The translations under genes were made by a program, and so were the position numbers. Below the pieces are notes generated by a model that had not been told where the DNA came from, searched no databases, and saw only the letters and a program-made list of their open reading frames with translations. From Lama glama (taxonomy: Eukaryota): a stretch of DNA of 64,000 nucleotides. Where the stretch lies: the NCBI GenBank assembly GCA_028534125.1, contig CM052817.1:23562001-23626000 (forward strand), in the 5' to 3' direction. Below, piece by piece: positions 37,561 through 51,739 of the stretch (within the stretch, counting starts at the first letter, position 1; each line of letters starts with the position of its first letter).

Positions 37561-40500
37561 AAAGAGTTGAGAAAGAGACAGAGCATTAATTATGGGGAAC
37601 TGTTTCTTTCACCCACCTTATTGCAATTTTGGATCCATTTTTCATTGTGTTTATGTATTAAGTGTGTTGTGTTTTGCCACTTTCAAGCAGGTAATCTTAG
37701 CAATAGACTTTGTCTCTCTGTATCTTCTTTTCCGTCTATACAATTAGAATAACCCAAATAGTCTTTGTCTGGCCTGCCCTATGGGTTTAGTCACTCAGAG
37801 AGTCCAAACTAATTTGTAAAACAGATCATGACATGCATAAGTAAGGATTAAAAACTAAAATATAACTGTATAGAAAGTTTAAATTTTGTTGTTGTTTTTA
37901 CTGCTTGTTTCCTGCTCTTTGGAAGAATTCCAAGGAGAGTCATGAGACTTGTCTTTGCTGCTCCCATAAAAGGACCTGCCTGAAGCTCAGCCTGAACTGC
38001 TTCTAGCTATAGATTCAAGCTTGCTGTTTTTCTGTTCAACTGGGTCTACAAACTAAAACTGTAATGGCAGAAACTAAGCAAAATTGCCAGTGAGATATGT
38101 ATTGGTCAATTCTAACGAAAATAACTTGCTCACCATTGTTCCTTTATGTGTAGCAACTGACATATTTATATCTTCATTTCCATTACTCAGGAATCCATTC
38201 TGTTCCTTAAAGTTAGTGTGCTCTGGTTATCATATGATTATGTGTGGCATTAATTTTCCTCCCTGCTACATTCCCTTTTTACAAGCTGTAAGCATCATAA
38301 ACTTGGAAGATTTTATTGGAAAGTCAAGGTGGCAGAGTTATGGAAATGACTCAGAAATGATGCTTCCCTGCCGCAACAATGTTGATTTACTTGTAATGCT
38401 AAACACACTCCACTAAGTCATACACAGCTCTTGGGAGAGGGATGACTAATTAGCTCAGTGACTTATCCGCCCCCATGCTCTGCTGATTCTGATACATTAA
38501 AACATTTTATTAGCCTGCAAGGTCAGGAAATCTTACTGCCTGGGTAGTGTTTCTAAAAATTTAATAGCAATAGCCTGATGTTAGTTCCTTTGCATCTATA
38601 GATTGGCAATAAATCCTCAAAGATGAATAAACTCATACACTTATTTTTCAGAACTCCTTTTCACACAAAAGCCTCAACAAATATTGAAATGTTTAAAAGG
38701 GAATAATCATTCACAAGGTCAGATAATTAATTTTTCACATGTTGACAAATAAATTCAGTTGTCTAAAAACTTAGAATGATGCACCATTGTTCATTTACAT
38801 GTACAAATTGACATATTTGCATCATTTGGGGTAGAAAAGAGCTCAAGAAAGGGTATGGGTGATTCAAATACCACAAATCGAGGTTCCGCTACAAACCTCA
38901 CTGTGTAACCTTGATATATCGTTCTCAGCATCAATTTTGGGGGCTGTAAAATGATGAGATGAAGTCAGATGACCACTAAACACTCATGTAGCTCAAAAAC
39001 TCCATGCTCTGTGCCAAATAACATACACCCAGAATCTCAGCATATACATAAATGAAATGTGGACGAATTAGAGCTTTTACATATGTGTGGGGAAAAGTAC
39101 TTTTAAACACAGTTGCCGTCTGAGTTAAAATGAGAAAATCAATAAACATTTCATTTAAGACAGAAAACACGTTCAAGCTTTCTTGCCATACTTAAGACAA
39201 GGCATCTTGTGACTTTGAACTTTATTTTCTAGTTAGAAGCAAATCTCCCTTCTTCTTTCAAGATGGCAGGTGCGTTTTGCCTACCAAATCATCTGGTCAT
39301 TAAAAATCATTTTTCATGATTTCATGTGAGATTTTCTGTTGGAAAGCAGGAGCTCTGTTCCACTTAGACAGTGTAATATCTGTACTATATCTCTGTTAAG
39401 CCCCCGAGTTTTATTAATCCCAATCCTTTTCATGTGCATTTTACTTGCTAAGCTAAAGTTGTGTAGCGCACAGACTGTTAATATCCATTATACCTTCTTA
39501 AACTTTAGCTGAATTTCTTGAAGCCACAATGAAGAGTTATTTTTAAGCTCATATGAACGGGGAAAAAATCTTCCATTGAGTTAGATTTATGAAGACTGAG
39601 GGAGTCATCTAGCTACACAATCATCAGGTGAGTAAAACATTAAGAATAACAAAATGAACATATTGATATCAGAATATTTTTTTCATTAATATTCCAGTGA
39701 ACTAGAAGGGGATTGCAAGCAATTATCTAGACCAAAAAAAAAAGTCACTTTTTAGCTGAGTAATTTATAGAATAAATGCATTTTCAGATGAAATGGAGGC
39801 ACTCAAGCGTGGTGTCAGTTGTATGCCTACAAAAAACTCAGCCCCTGTTTAGATGCCCTTGAAGCAAGCTCCTTGGGTATCCATTTGCAGAAGGACCATA
39901 ATATTTTCACCAAAAAAGAAAAGAGGGTCCGAATCTGCATGCTTTGTCCAAAGACAGATGATCAGCAGAGAGATTTTTATAAAGATTAACCTCTGGCCTG
40001 AGGCTTTTTCCATCCCCAGGAACTCAGTTCAAATTCTGGTACACAGATAAGATTGAAAAAAAAAATTGTGTCTCTTTCTATGTTACTAAAATATGTTTTT
40101 TAAAACATATAAAACAGGAAGAGGGGACTAATACTGAACTGCACACTTCAAAGCAGTTACTTTTAGGTCATTTTGAACATTCACCAATGTATAGGAGGAC
40201 AGATCGTTAGAAAGTAAATGTGACAACCTCCCTGAGATCTTCTGAAATTGGTTAGGAGCCAATCAGAGTTTCTGAACTTCTACTGATTTACAATTACAAA
40301 TGAAAACAGGGATGGTCTCTTATTATCAATAATGTAAACTTGTTTCTGTCCAGGCTGGTTGGGACTGGTGAAACATTGGTTCTACTTGGAAAGAAAAAAA
40401 AATCGAAGAAAATATAACATGTACATTGAAGTCTTTCTGCTGCCGGCTAGGAGAGATGCCCCAAAATGGGGTATGAAATGAACCTGTATTGTTTATTTCA

Positions 40501-42436
40501 ACAGAAATCAGTAAGCCCTGAGTTATTTTCCAGCTTGGAAAATGATAGGATTACTCTCATTTAACACGGAATGGTTTCAGAGAAGGAATATATATATGCA
40601 TATTCCTTTGAAAGCATTATGCTTTCTGGTCTCTATGCAAAAAATATGTAGCTAAACTGCTTCAGTTTCTGGGGCCACCAAATGAGACATACAGAGATCA
40701 AACACTTCATATTAACTCGGCTTTCGTGCTCTAGCCTGTGTAAGTTCAGGTTCATAGGGCTGTGAAGGGGAAATATGTCATTAACAAGAAGGTAGCGGTG
40801 GGTCACATGAATATGTAAACGTCTGGCCTATTGCAACCTTCAATTCTGAATTTAAATCACCTTTGAAAACAGGAAATATGAACATAAGTGAGTATAGACC
40901 ATAAGAATAAATGCTGCATTAAATACTTAGTCAAAAAGGAAATAAAACTCCTTCAGGCAGGCAAAAATATACAAGTTCAGAACTAAACACTAACCGTAAG
41001 TCTAGATTTCCACAGCCTTCATCACCTTTCTGGTAGTGACCCACACTTTGCGGCAACCCCTTAGCAAGGTAATAGACATGAGCTAAGGAAAATTACTACA
41101 TTTTTTATTGCTTTTCACTTTGGCTAAGTAATTTGTCTGGTAATAATGTAATAATATATTGTAATATTTAAATGTACTTTTTCTACCTCTAACAGCACGT
41201 GGAGTCCTATACCCATACTTACCTAGCAATGACAAATAAAAAAACTTAATATTTGTTCTTGAAGGCAGAACTGCAGGTAGTTGGAAGAAGGGTCTAATCC
41301 AAAAATTCTGGTGCCCATTGTTTATTAATTCACTAATTCACTCACTCAGTAATTATTAGTGAGCTCAATGATGTGTCCTAAACAGCACCATGGACACAAA
41401 TATATAAAAAAATCTTGACCTATGCAGTTTAATCTTTTAGCCATCCACTTGTACAAAGAAGAAAAATAATGTGTATGAGAAAAGTAGTGACACAGAAGAG
41501 GAAGCTGTCTCTCCAAGACAGAAGGAGAGAAGTGGGCTGAATTCCTAAACCAAATCAAATATGCTTTGCTCAGCCACCTGCTGCGACCTCAGTCACTTCT
41601 ACTCAGTACTTGAGGAAGAGACGTATGTCAGCACAATGCCCATTTACTGCTAAGGAGTTTTGCCCGCCTCTCAAGCACCCCTGTGGAACTCTTGATTCCG
41701 GTGAAGTTTTGAACCACAGGGAGCGGCAAGGCTTCCTTCTGCCCAAAGGAGGCAGAACTATGAGAAGTAAACTCTACATTCACTACTCTGTGACCAGGAG
41801 AAAACAACCGAAAGAGCAACAACCTAACTGCTATTCCTATTTCACGTCTCACTTGAATGCATATACTGGAATTGATGAAGCCAAATTTGCATTCAGAATC
41901 CTAGCGTCCAAAATAGCTGATTTTAATTTTTCAGCGTTTGCAGTAGAAGGAGAATGGAATGGACATTTAGGTAACCGTTACCCAGCACCCACTAGAGAAA
42001 ACAAACCCCTCAAAAAGTGTCAAGGAAAGTTCAGAGCCTTTTCCCTCTTCTTTCTTCGTACCTAAAGCACTTTTTTCTCTCTTTCAAAACGTGGTCAGAG
42101 TCTTCTCTTGTCTTTGGCAAACCCCTGTCAGTAGCCTTCCTCCACAAGAGCAGTGTGTTCTGGGGCTGAGGGTTGGGAGCTAAAATCAGAAAATGTGAAC
42201 GACTTGATTTCCCACTGGTGGTGTGCTTCTCAGCCTTTCCTTTAAATCTGAAACTTTTCTTTAAAGTTGGAAAGACTTAAAAATACCATTACCTCCCTCT
42301 GTCCAATCCCATTGTTTAATTTGTTTAGTATGCTTTCTGTGGGTGGGGACGTGTCACCAAAGCATTTATATAGAAAAAAGTCCTTTTGCAATTTCAAATT
42401 GCCTCCTTGCCATTCTACCAGTAAAAGTGAGTGCTA

Positions 42437-43920
42437 ACCCAACATCCATTCATGATAAAAATTCTCAGTAAACTGGGAATCAAGGGAAATTTCTTCAACT
42501 TCATAAAAACTAACTACAAAAAACCCCACAGATAAAATCATACTTAATTTGAAGAAACTTGAAGCTTTCCCACTAAAATCAGATACAAGGACAGGATGTC
42601 CCCCATCACTACTACTGCTTTTCAGCATTGTACTAGAAGTCTTCACTAATGCCATAAGGCAAAAAAGGGAAACAAAAATTATACATATTTGGAAGGAAGA
42701 TATAAAAATGTGTTTATTCACAGATGGCATGATCACCCAATCTAGAATATCTGAAAGGGTTAAAAAAAATCTCCTGAAATTAATAAGCAAGGATAATGAG
42801 ATTCCAGGATACAAAGTTAACATGCAAAAGTCAATTCTCTTTCTATAAACCAATAAGAGAGTTAAAAGACAAGCCACAGACTGGGAGAAAATATCTGCAA
42901 AAGACACATCTGATAAAGGATTGTTATCCAAAATACATAAAGATCTCTTAAAACTCAACTATAAGAAAGGAAAAAGCTCAATTTAAAAATGGGCCAAGAA
43001 CCTTAACAAATACATCACTAAAGATTTGCAGTTATCAAATAAGCCTATGAAAGGATGTTCCACATCATATGTCATCAGGGAAATGCAGATTAAATCAAGG
43101 AGATACCACATCACTCCTATTAGAATGGCCAGAATCTGCAACACTGACAACACCAAATGCTGGTGAGAATGTGGAGCAATAGGAATTCTCATGCCTTCCT
43201 GGTGGGAATGCAAAATGGTGTAGCCACTTTGGGAGACAGTTTGGTTTTTTCTTCCAAAACTAAATATTTACGAATGCATCCAGCAATCATGCTCCTTGTT
43301 ATTTACCCAAAGGAATTGAAAAGCTATGTCCACACAAAAACTACACACAGAAGTTTACAGCAGTTTTATCCATAATTGCTAAAACTTGGAAGCAACCAAG
43401 ATGTCCCTGAGTGGTGACTGAATAAATAAACTTTGGTACATCCAGAGAATGGAATATTATTCAGCAGTAAGAAGCGACCTCAAGCTGCGAAGACATAGAA
43501 GAAACTTAAATACATATTACTTAGTGGAAGAAGGCAATCTGAACATCCTGCATACTGCACAATTCTGACTATATGACATTCTGTAAAAGACAAAACTATG
43601 GAGACAATAAAATGATCAGTGGTTGCCAGGGATGAGGAAAATAAGGGAGAAAAGAATAGGTAGAGCACAGAGGCTTTTTAGGGCAATGAAAATGGTCTGT
43701 ATGATGAGCTATGTCCTTATACAATTGTACAAACCCGTGGAATGCACAACAAGAGTGAACCCTAAGGACTTCAGGTGAATATGATGTGTCAGTGTAGCTA
43801 CATCCTTGGTTACAAATCGGCTGGTGGTGGAGGAGGATATGTATGTGTAGGGCCAGAGAGTACATGAGATATCTTTGTAACTTCCTCTCAATTTCTCTGT
43901 GAACATAAAACTGCTCTCAA
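42437..43920 (+). mobile_element. L1MC1-like element: RT fragment joined (~42853) to ORF2 C-terminus and 3' UTR
   Basis: KLEAFPLKSDTRTGCP...LFSIVLEV...LFTDGMI; 3' UTR motifs tatatgacattctg...aaaactatggagaca...gagtgaacccta. Confidence 0.9.
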
Positions 43921-43936
43921 CCATATTCAGTATTTT

Positions 43937-44088
43937 CTAGTAACCGATGATGAAGAAAAATATGAGAACGAACTTACGTATGTTCCTATGTGACTGAAAA
44001 ATCATGCTGTACACTGGAGATTGATACAACATTGTAAACTGACTGTACTTCAATAAAAATATATTTAAAAATACAATCTTAAAAAAAG
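43937..44088 (+). mobile_element. Camelid-type L1 3' tip
   Basis: tgtgactgaaaaatcatgctgtacac...acattgtaaactgactgtacttcAATAAA. Confidence 0.85.
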
Positions 44089-45525
44089 TTACTGCTATCA
44101 AAATACCTGATTACCTTTATGAAGAGGGATCTAGTCTTCCTAAATTAAGGAAAACGTTAAGTGAGTGGGCTCATGGAGAGGCTAGGCACTTGAAGTAAGA
44201 GCTGTTTAACTACTTACTGGTCAAATGAATGGGTAGTGAAATTCGAGTTTGTATTATAGTGATGGAGTATGAATTTCTTATTTTTCAGTACTTAATATAT
44301 GCACTTTTGACTATTTTTCAGCTTCTGACACTATGCCCAGCATGTGATTAACACTTAATGAAAATGAGCTAAATAACACAATGCCTATGTGAATGACGAT
44401 TGGCATCAAGAACCAGTTTGTCCTACTTATGGGAATAGAAATAAGATCCTGCGTTTGAGGTTCAAGGATGGAATACTAAAGTCTTCTTGGTGTATTTTGA
44501 CCAATTCTCTCTTTCAGTGTCTCCAGGTGCCTGTCACTCTGAAGTTAAGGTGACAGAGATCACTCGTTAAGGTAGGGTAACTATTGCTGAGAAACAAAAA
44601 CAAAATAAGCAAAAAACAAAAAACAAAACCTAACTAAAAAGTTACTTGCTAAGATGTGAAAAATAATTGAGAATTGGAAATAGGTGGTTTTACAGTTGAT
44701 GTTCTTACTAAATATTTAATAGCAATATACAGAAAATGAATTAAGCTAGCTTCAAGAAATGACTTACATACATCAATTTATATCTTATAATCTGTAGCAG
44801 TGGAGGAATGATATAAATTTAAAAGTAAAAATTAAAGGATTACATCCCTCTAGAAAACTGAAAAGCAAAACAGACAAAACACTAAAAACATACTGCAGAA
44901 AAATGTTCTATCAGCTTGACTTAAATCAGTCTAATTTTTTAAATCATATTTTAGTTTTCCTCTAGCTGTCTCACTCATTAATATATTTTATCTTTGTTTA
45001 TGTTGGGTATTACTGACATCATTTTTTACAGTAAAGTTTTTAATAAGCATAATAAACAAACAATCCATTCTAATATCATATTCCAAATCCATTAGAAATA
45101 ATCAGAAAACTAGAAGTCAAATTTTACTAATAGAAAATGTGAGGCAAGAAAAGTTAGTACATTCAATGAAGAATTTTATAAATAAACTGAGCATGAAATG
45201 AAAACAATAATGAAGCTGACAATGTCACTCTAAAAGAAGTAGCAGTTAACATGTCTGGTTATAAAACACTATCACGAGATGTATTTTTGCCTTCCAATAT
45301 TTCAGGGTTTTCCTACCAAAAGAAAATCAAAGTGAGTGAAATTTAAACATCTGATTTCCATTATGTCCTTGATTTTATGAAATATTTTGTATCAATGCAA
45401 TGAGAACATAATATATCCTTCAGATTTTTCCACTGGATAAAAACATATTCAGGACTTTGCTTGCCTTAAAAGAAGCAAGTCACAAATATTATTCATTTTA
45501 TTTTATAGTGTAAGTCCTCTAGGTA

Positions 45526-46218
45526 CACAGTGCTAGAAGTCTTAACCTGGAATTTATGTGCCATTTATGAGTTTCCAGGATTCAATGAAATCCTGAAATT
45601 AGTTGGAATGATTTATGTGCATATGCATATGTGCATATTTTAAGGGAAAAGATAAAAATTTCATTGATCACTAATTGTATCTATATTAGTCAGAGAAATA
45701 GAACCAACAGGATTATATATATATGTATATATACACACACACACATCTAAAAGTATAATATGAAAAATTGATTCATATAATTATGAAGACTGAGAAATTT
45801 CACAATCTGCCACATGCAAGCTGGAGACAGAAAAGCTGGAGACAGAAAAGTTGGTGGTGTAGTTTAGTCCAAGTCCAAAGGCCTGAAAACTAGCGAGCTA
45901 ATGGTTCTAATCCAAGGACTGAAGAAGACCTATGTCCTAGCTCTGTCAGGCAGAGAGAAAGAGTTCACACTTTTTCTTCTTTTTTGTTTTATTCAAGCCT
46001 TAAGCAGATGGGACGATGACCACCCATACTGGGAAGAGCAATCTACTTACTCAGTCCACTAATCCATAGGCTAATCTCTTCCAGAAACGCCTTTACAAAC
46101 ACACCCAGAAATCATGTTCTGCCAGCTATCTGGGCATGACTTGGCCTAATCAAGTTGACATGGAAAATTATTTGTCGCATGACAATGTTTTTGATCCCAA
46201 AATTACTAAGAATCATTG
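45526..46218. mobile_element. MER103C-like hAT DNA transposon remnant split by an MLT2 LTR
   Basis: cagtg...tcttaacctgg...cctgaaatt...tgtgcatatgtgcatttt, and gatcccaaaattactaagaatcattg on the far side of the LTR. Confidence 0.55.
45677..46178 (-). mobile_element. MLT2B-like (ERVL) solo LTR
   Basis: cagagaaatagaaccaacagg...ctgccacatgcaagctggagac...gtccaagtccaaaggcctga...cacacccagaaat...caagttgaca. Confidence 0.88.
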
Positions 46219-47089
46219 AAAATTCATTTACGTATACTCACTTCACTAAAGACTGAGTTACTTACTCTTTCTTCCTTTAATGAGCAAAAATCTGGCAATA
46301 AATCTACTTTCTTTTTTGTTCTATTTTACATACATTTGCAGCCTAAATTTTTGCTTTGTTTTTCATCGATATTAATTTTGTCTCTTCTATTTATTCATGT
46401 TCTTCCTTACAACTTCAGCTACCTTCTTGGCTTTAGCTGCAGTTTTTGTGCTGTTGAACTCTCTCTGTTCAATCTCTGATCACTTTCCTGAACTACGAGA
46501 ACCAAATAGCTACTTTTCAAATATATTCAGTAGGTGTTTTTAAATGAACTGATTAACATCCACCCACTCAAATTCTATTATAACTTCTTCATTCCCTGTA
46601 ACAATTAATTTCATCATTCATCAGTTTCTCAAGGTCAGCACTAAATCATGCCATACTGAAACTTTTGCTTCTTATTCTATTGTACGGTCTTTTCATATGG
46701 CTGGATAAATGTCTCCCGCATCTTCTCTCTCTTCATATTGTCAATATCTAATTTAAGCTCTTGTCAAGACATATGTAAGCAATTTCAACTTCCTCCTAAG
46801 TCTTCTCTAATCTACTGTTTCTCTTCTAATGCCACCAGAATAAACTATACAAAAAGCAAATTTTCTGATTAAGCATTGTTTTCAACTCCTAGTGCTTACC
46901 ACACTGTACTACATTTAAAAAGATTTTTTGCATTCCTGCTTACATCATTAGATAGTAATGCTCAATGTCTCACTCACCTTTCTAGTGGCTCTAGCAATCG
47001 GGTCCAATGTGCAGATAATGGATGAATAATGCAAATAATTACATGTACAAATTATGTACCAAATATGCATGTTCAAGTACAAACGATAC

Positions 47090-47527
47090 TATAGCAGAGA
47101 TGGGCAATCTGTTGACCAAAATTTACACTTCTCCTTTCATATTTCTAGCTGTTGCTGGGGAAGAATGTCCCACCTGTGCACTAGATTTGCTAGCTCCCAA
47201 ATAGTGTATGTGACTGATTCTCAATAGTGAACTTTTAGCAGAAGCAATATATTACTTCTAGGCCAGGGATTTTAACAACTTGGTATATTCTACAATGACT
47301 TTTGCCTTTCACCAGCTAAATGAGGAGAATTCCAAGACTTTGGTGGAAGAAGAAGCCAGAAGATTAAAAAAAAAAAAAACCTGGGTCCCCAAAGCACAAC
47401 CTGGAGGCAAGTGTCCCTCTTTGCCCAAAGGACCCTCATTGGGGAACATGAGTGAGAATAAGTTTCTATTATATTAAGACATATTTGCTTAAGGTGTTGT
47501 AGACGCTAATTACTCCAGCTAATATAA
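47090..47527 (+). mobile_element. Old MaLR LTR (MLT1J/I-like)
   Basis: tatagcagagatg...gaagaagccagaagat...cctgggtcccc...gagtgagaataagtttctattatattaag...ctaata. Confidence 0.6.
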
Positions 47528-48344
47528 GTAGATAGTCAGCAAAGTATTTTGAAATGAATGTGTATAACGTACCCAAGTATTATACATTTGCATAAATGGA
47601 TGAAGGCAGCAAAAAGGAAAGTGTTTCTCTCTTGCATTCTCCCAAATGTGGTTACAGTATAATGATCATTACATGTCACTTCTTTCAATTAAAGAAGGAA
47701 AAAACATTGTAAAGTATTAATTTGGAACCTATCACAAAATTTGTATCTTTATAAAGTTTCTTCACTTTAATAATTTTTCACTTTAGCACATAACTGAAAG
47801 TACTGTTTTGCTCAAGAAATGAAAAAGAACAATACAAATAATTAAAGAGAATATGGAATATGTTGACAACTAATTAGGGCAATGAAAACATTTGGATGAG
47901 GGTCCAGTTAAAACTATCCAAGTAAAATAGACTAAGCTATTTAAGTAACCATATTACATACATTGCTTTTTCATATAAATCTGTGAAAGTATCTTGGGAT
48001 TGTTTATTTTGCCCAGTTTATGTGTTGATGGCTTTTTCCATTTTTGCATAGTCAGTCAATTTATTTCAGTAAAATTGAATTAAGTGAGAAAAGAAAATTT
48101 AATCAAGTTTTCCCTCCAGCACTCTATCCTTCCCATAATGCATTAGAAATTTGTGAGATGAGATTTTTTTTTAAATATATATTTGAGGTGATGATGAATG
48201 TGAAATATACAACTGTTTAGAATTGAATTCTATGTAGAAATAATCATTGGATCTTTTTGAATATAATACAATACATGGCCAGAGTGCAGTGTTTACTCAT
48301 TTTTGGTCACCATACAATCTTGCAGAAATCTGGAGTCCACTTGG

Positions 48345-48474
48345 CCCTTGCTACTCAAAGTGTGGCCCATGGAGCAACTGCATCAATACCATCTAGAGCT
48401 TATTGGAAATGCTGAATCTCAAATCCCAGCCTGGTTGGTTTGTATGCATGTTGAAATTTGAAAAATATTGCTCT
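48345..48474. mobile_element. MER5A hAT DNA transposon (internally deleted)
   Basis: gctactcaaagtgtggcccatgg...gagcttattggaaatgctgaatctc...tgtatgcatgttgaaatttga. Confidence 0.8.
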
Positions 48475-48689
48475 TGATAACAAAGAGAAAATAAAGAATG
48501 GATTGATGACCGCTCCAAAGGGATTGTATCACTCTGAAAAAAAAATAATTTTATTTGCATTTAAGTAAAATGTTTCCTTAAACTAGAATTGTGACTAATA
48601 TAATCCAGGCTAAATAATTGTCTTCTTTAGACTTTGAGTGCTAACATTAAGCTTCAGCGAAAAGAGGCATAATTTTCTTAGGTAGACTT

Positions 48690-49245
48690 ATATTAGTTAA
48701 GGGGTTTTCAGTTGAAAATAATGGGAAAAATCACCTCCACTATTCTTAAGTAGTAAAGAAACCCTGAGAGTGCAGTTTAGGGCAGGCCTCAGAGATGATG
48801 CAATCCAGCAGCTCTGGCTTTCTTTGCTGGAAGTTTTCTTGGCTTTACCCTCCTTCCTGTGCAGTTTCATCCAGAAGCTAGTAAAAGATGGCAAAGTAAC
48901 AACTCTTGCACATAGTAAATTCAAGTCCAGAAGAATAGAGACTGTCTTTTCTTGTGGCTAACACTTACATAAAAGGAAATTTCCCCCAGATTTCCCAAGT
49001 AAATACTATCTCCTTGCAGCTCGTTGTTTGATTGGAAGAGCACACACTCAGTCCGAAACCAAGCCCTGCCTTCCCAGGAATTTAATTCATTCATTGGCTT
49101 AGACCAGAGTCCCTGAAAAGGTGATTGTCAAGGGGATGAAAGTACCTTGGTTGGCCTATTGTCTTGGATCACGCCTTCCAACTGCTTCTCAGGTTGCTAA
49201 TCAATGAGCAGGGGAGAGGTGAATGTTGAGAAGTTAATCACAATG
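48690..49245 (-). mobile_element. Old MaLR LTR (MLT1K/L-like)
   Basis: tattagttaagggg ttttcagttg start; gcaggcctcag...atccagcagctc; cattggcttagacca. Confidence 0.55.
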
Positions 49246-49569
49246 TTTACTGAATTCTGCATTCCTTTTATTATTAGACTTACATCATTGTGCCCCTCTT
49301 ATCTCATTTCCATCCCTCTAGTCATATTGTCACATGACCTTCTGATACTTTTAATAAAACTAACTTGTTAAGTTCCATGACACTTGTATGCACTCTATGC
49401 ACTGTCTCCATTAATGTCCAAAATGCTACCCCTGTCTCCTTGGAGGGAGGAATTTGGTTTTGTTTCCATTGGACTGTTTTGTTTTTACAATTCTCACGTA
49501 AAAGAGTCACTGAGGCCACCTTATCTGCCACAACCTCCATGCCCAGGAATTCTGGCATCTGTATTTTCT

Positions 49570-49751
49570 TTTTTTTTAACATTTTTTATTGAGTTATAAT
49601 CCTTTTAAAATGTTGTGTCAAACTCCAGTGTAGAGCACAATTTTTCAGTTATGTATGAACATATATATATTTATTGTCACTTTTTTTTCTCTGTGAGGTA
49701 CCATAAGATCTTGTATATATTTCCCTGTGCTATATAGTATAATCTTGTTTA
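49570..49751 (-). mobile_element. Young camelid-type L1 3' tip
   Basis: PolyT start; 10-bp TSD tgtattttct at 49560-49569 and 49752-49761. Confidence 0.9.
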
Positions 49752-51739
49752 TGTATTTTCTACTGCAGATGTGTGCAGTGAGAGTGGAACCAGATGTTCA
49801 ATACACTGAGCCCCACGTTTACTATACATCACTAGGGAGAGGAAAGTCTGCTGTGTTTTAGATGACCAACTTGAACGTGTTCCCTCTAGTTACTAAAAGA
49901 TATTTTACAGTGAATGATGCCAAAATGACCAATAATCATACTTGCAGGAATAAGTCTATGACACCCAGAGTGAAAACTGATTATTCAAGCACAGGTCCAG
50001 AGAGATACAGGGCAGCAGTCTCTGAACTCTCAAACATGTTCCAGTGCCAAGAAAACTTCAAGCTATTGTAACAGAGGGGCTGCAGGGGCACCCTCCTCTC
50101 TGTGAGAGCAGGTTTCTTTGCTTAAGCAGTTGCCATATAGTAAGCCTTCAAAATGTACTTATTGAATAAAAAATTCTTATCTTGAGTAAACTGGCTGAAA
50201 GCACCACATTTTTTAAGTGGTCTATGAATTTTATCTTATAGATAATTATCATTGTTGAATTCTCCAAACTATGATCAGAAGCTACTAGCAACTCAATGAA
50301 GAATTTTTATAGTATGTACCTATTTCTTGGCACTAGAATTATTTTTTTTCTCTTGTATTGTATGGCTTAGAATTAATTGCAAGACTGACAAGCAAACCTA
50401 ACAATAAGTGAAGACATTAATTATAAAAGGGCTTAAAGTAGTCGATTTTTACCGAAATGTGTCTGGTGTGAGTCAACAGTAACAACGCATAAGTGAAGAA
50501 CATATATCACATATGTGTCCATCTAGTTAATATACATAAGTGAATATCTAATGAGTTAGTGATATCCACAGTGTTTCAGAATATCTGGAAAGCTTTTCTC
50601 CTTTGAGGTGTGATCATTTCCTCTGTCTCTCTAGATGCTGTTAATTTTTCACTCCTCAGTTCATGCTGTCGTCCTGGGAAGAATTTCCAACTACAAAAGT
50701 TCATAGTAATTTTTTTTCATTTTTTCTATTTTCATAGCCCTTACTGACTAGATACTAGTCTCTAAAAGTTTTATGAATGTCAATCTCTTTTTGCCAATAA
50801 AATTCAATTTTCTCAAGAGCATAGTAAAATCAGCATACTTCTTTACATTGTACACAGGTTAGAGTATAGAATAAGTCTGTAATGAAAACTAATTAATTAA
50901 AAAAAATCACCAAATTTCCATTTTCTTTTCTTTGTTGCTAAACTAAATGACATGTACAAAGTATATGGTAAAAATTGTTATTGTTTGAAATTATCTGTTC
51001 TACTATAAGATCACCTTCAAATTTCCAGCCTCATCCTTCTCATTGTAGTTGGTTCAATACTGATGGAGAATCCTCTCCAGATCTCTTGTGTTATCCTGCT
51101 TTGTCTAGTGTTCAACCCACCAGAGGTGACAGCAATAATAATTTAACACATCTAATAACAGGATCTATTTTTTCCAATGCTGTTTTTGCACAACACCTCT
51201 AATACTTCCCTATCAAAGAGTGAACATGTTTAATATAATTAAATTAAATATATTACATTTTAAAATATAAAAATATAAATAGAATTCCACCATAACACAG
51301 CTCATTATGACATGCAGATCATATCACAAAAAATATACCTTGAAACATCAAAATCACATAGAATAAAATTATCAAAGAATTTGCATGGTAAATTGCCTAT
51401 TCTTTAAAAAATGATATAAAATATTAAGAATACAATAGGACTGGGATTACTAAAGTTCTGTTCCTTGAAGCCATAGTCTAGAGGACATTAGTAAGAGTGA
51501 CTTGAAAATGTGATATTTACACTTGTAGAGGTGTTCTGAGGGACATTGTCTGGGGAAATGCTGAGGTAGGTAAAATGGATTCATACTGGAAATCAAGACC
51601 TCATTGCTAGTCTTAGCTAGGTAGATCTAAGGCTTAGGAATTCACACAGTTATGGAAGGACATACTACATGCTTTTAGTTCCAATTAAAACATTTTTAAA
51701 TATATTCATCTATCAATTAAAATATAGTACTGATATTTC

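Noticed and set aside
39500..39635. Exon ending at the consensus donor CAG|GTGAGT (~39625-39633)
   Set aside because: No convincing acceptor or reading frame; isolated donor matches are expected by chance in 64 kb
41610..42065. 151-aa ORF as a coding exon
   Set aside because: TTG start, no recognisable domain, no supported splice boundaries
42434..42958. 174-aa hydrophobic minus-strand ORF
   Set aside because: Antisense frame of L1 ORF2, a common artefact
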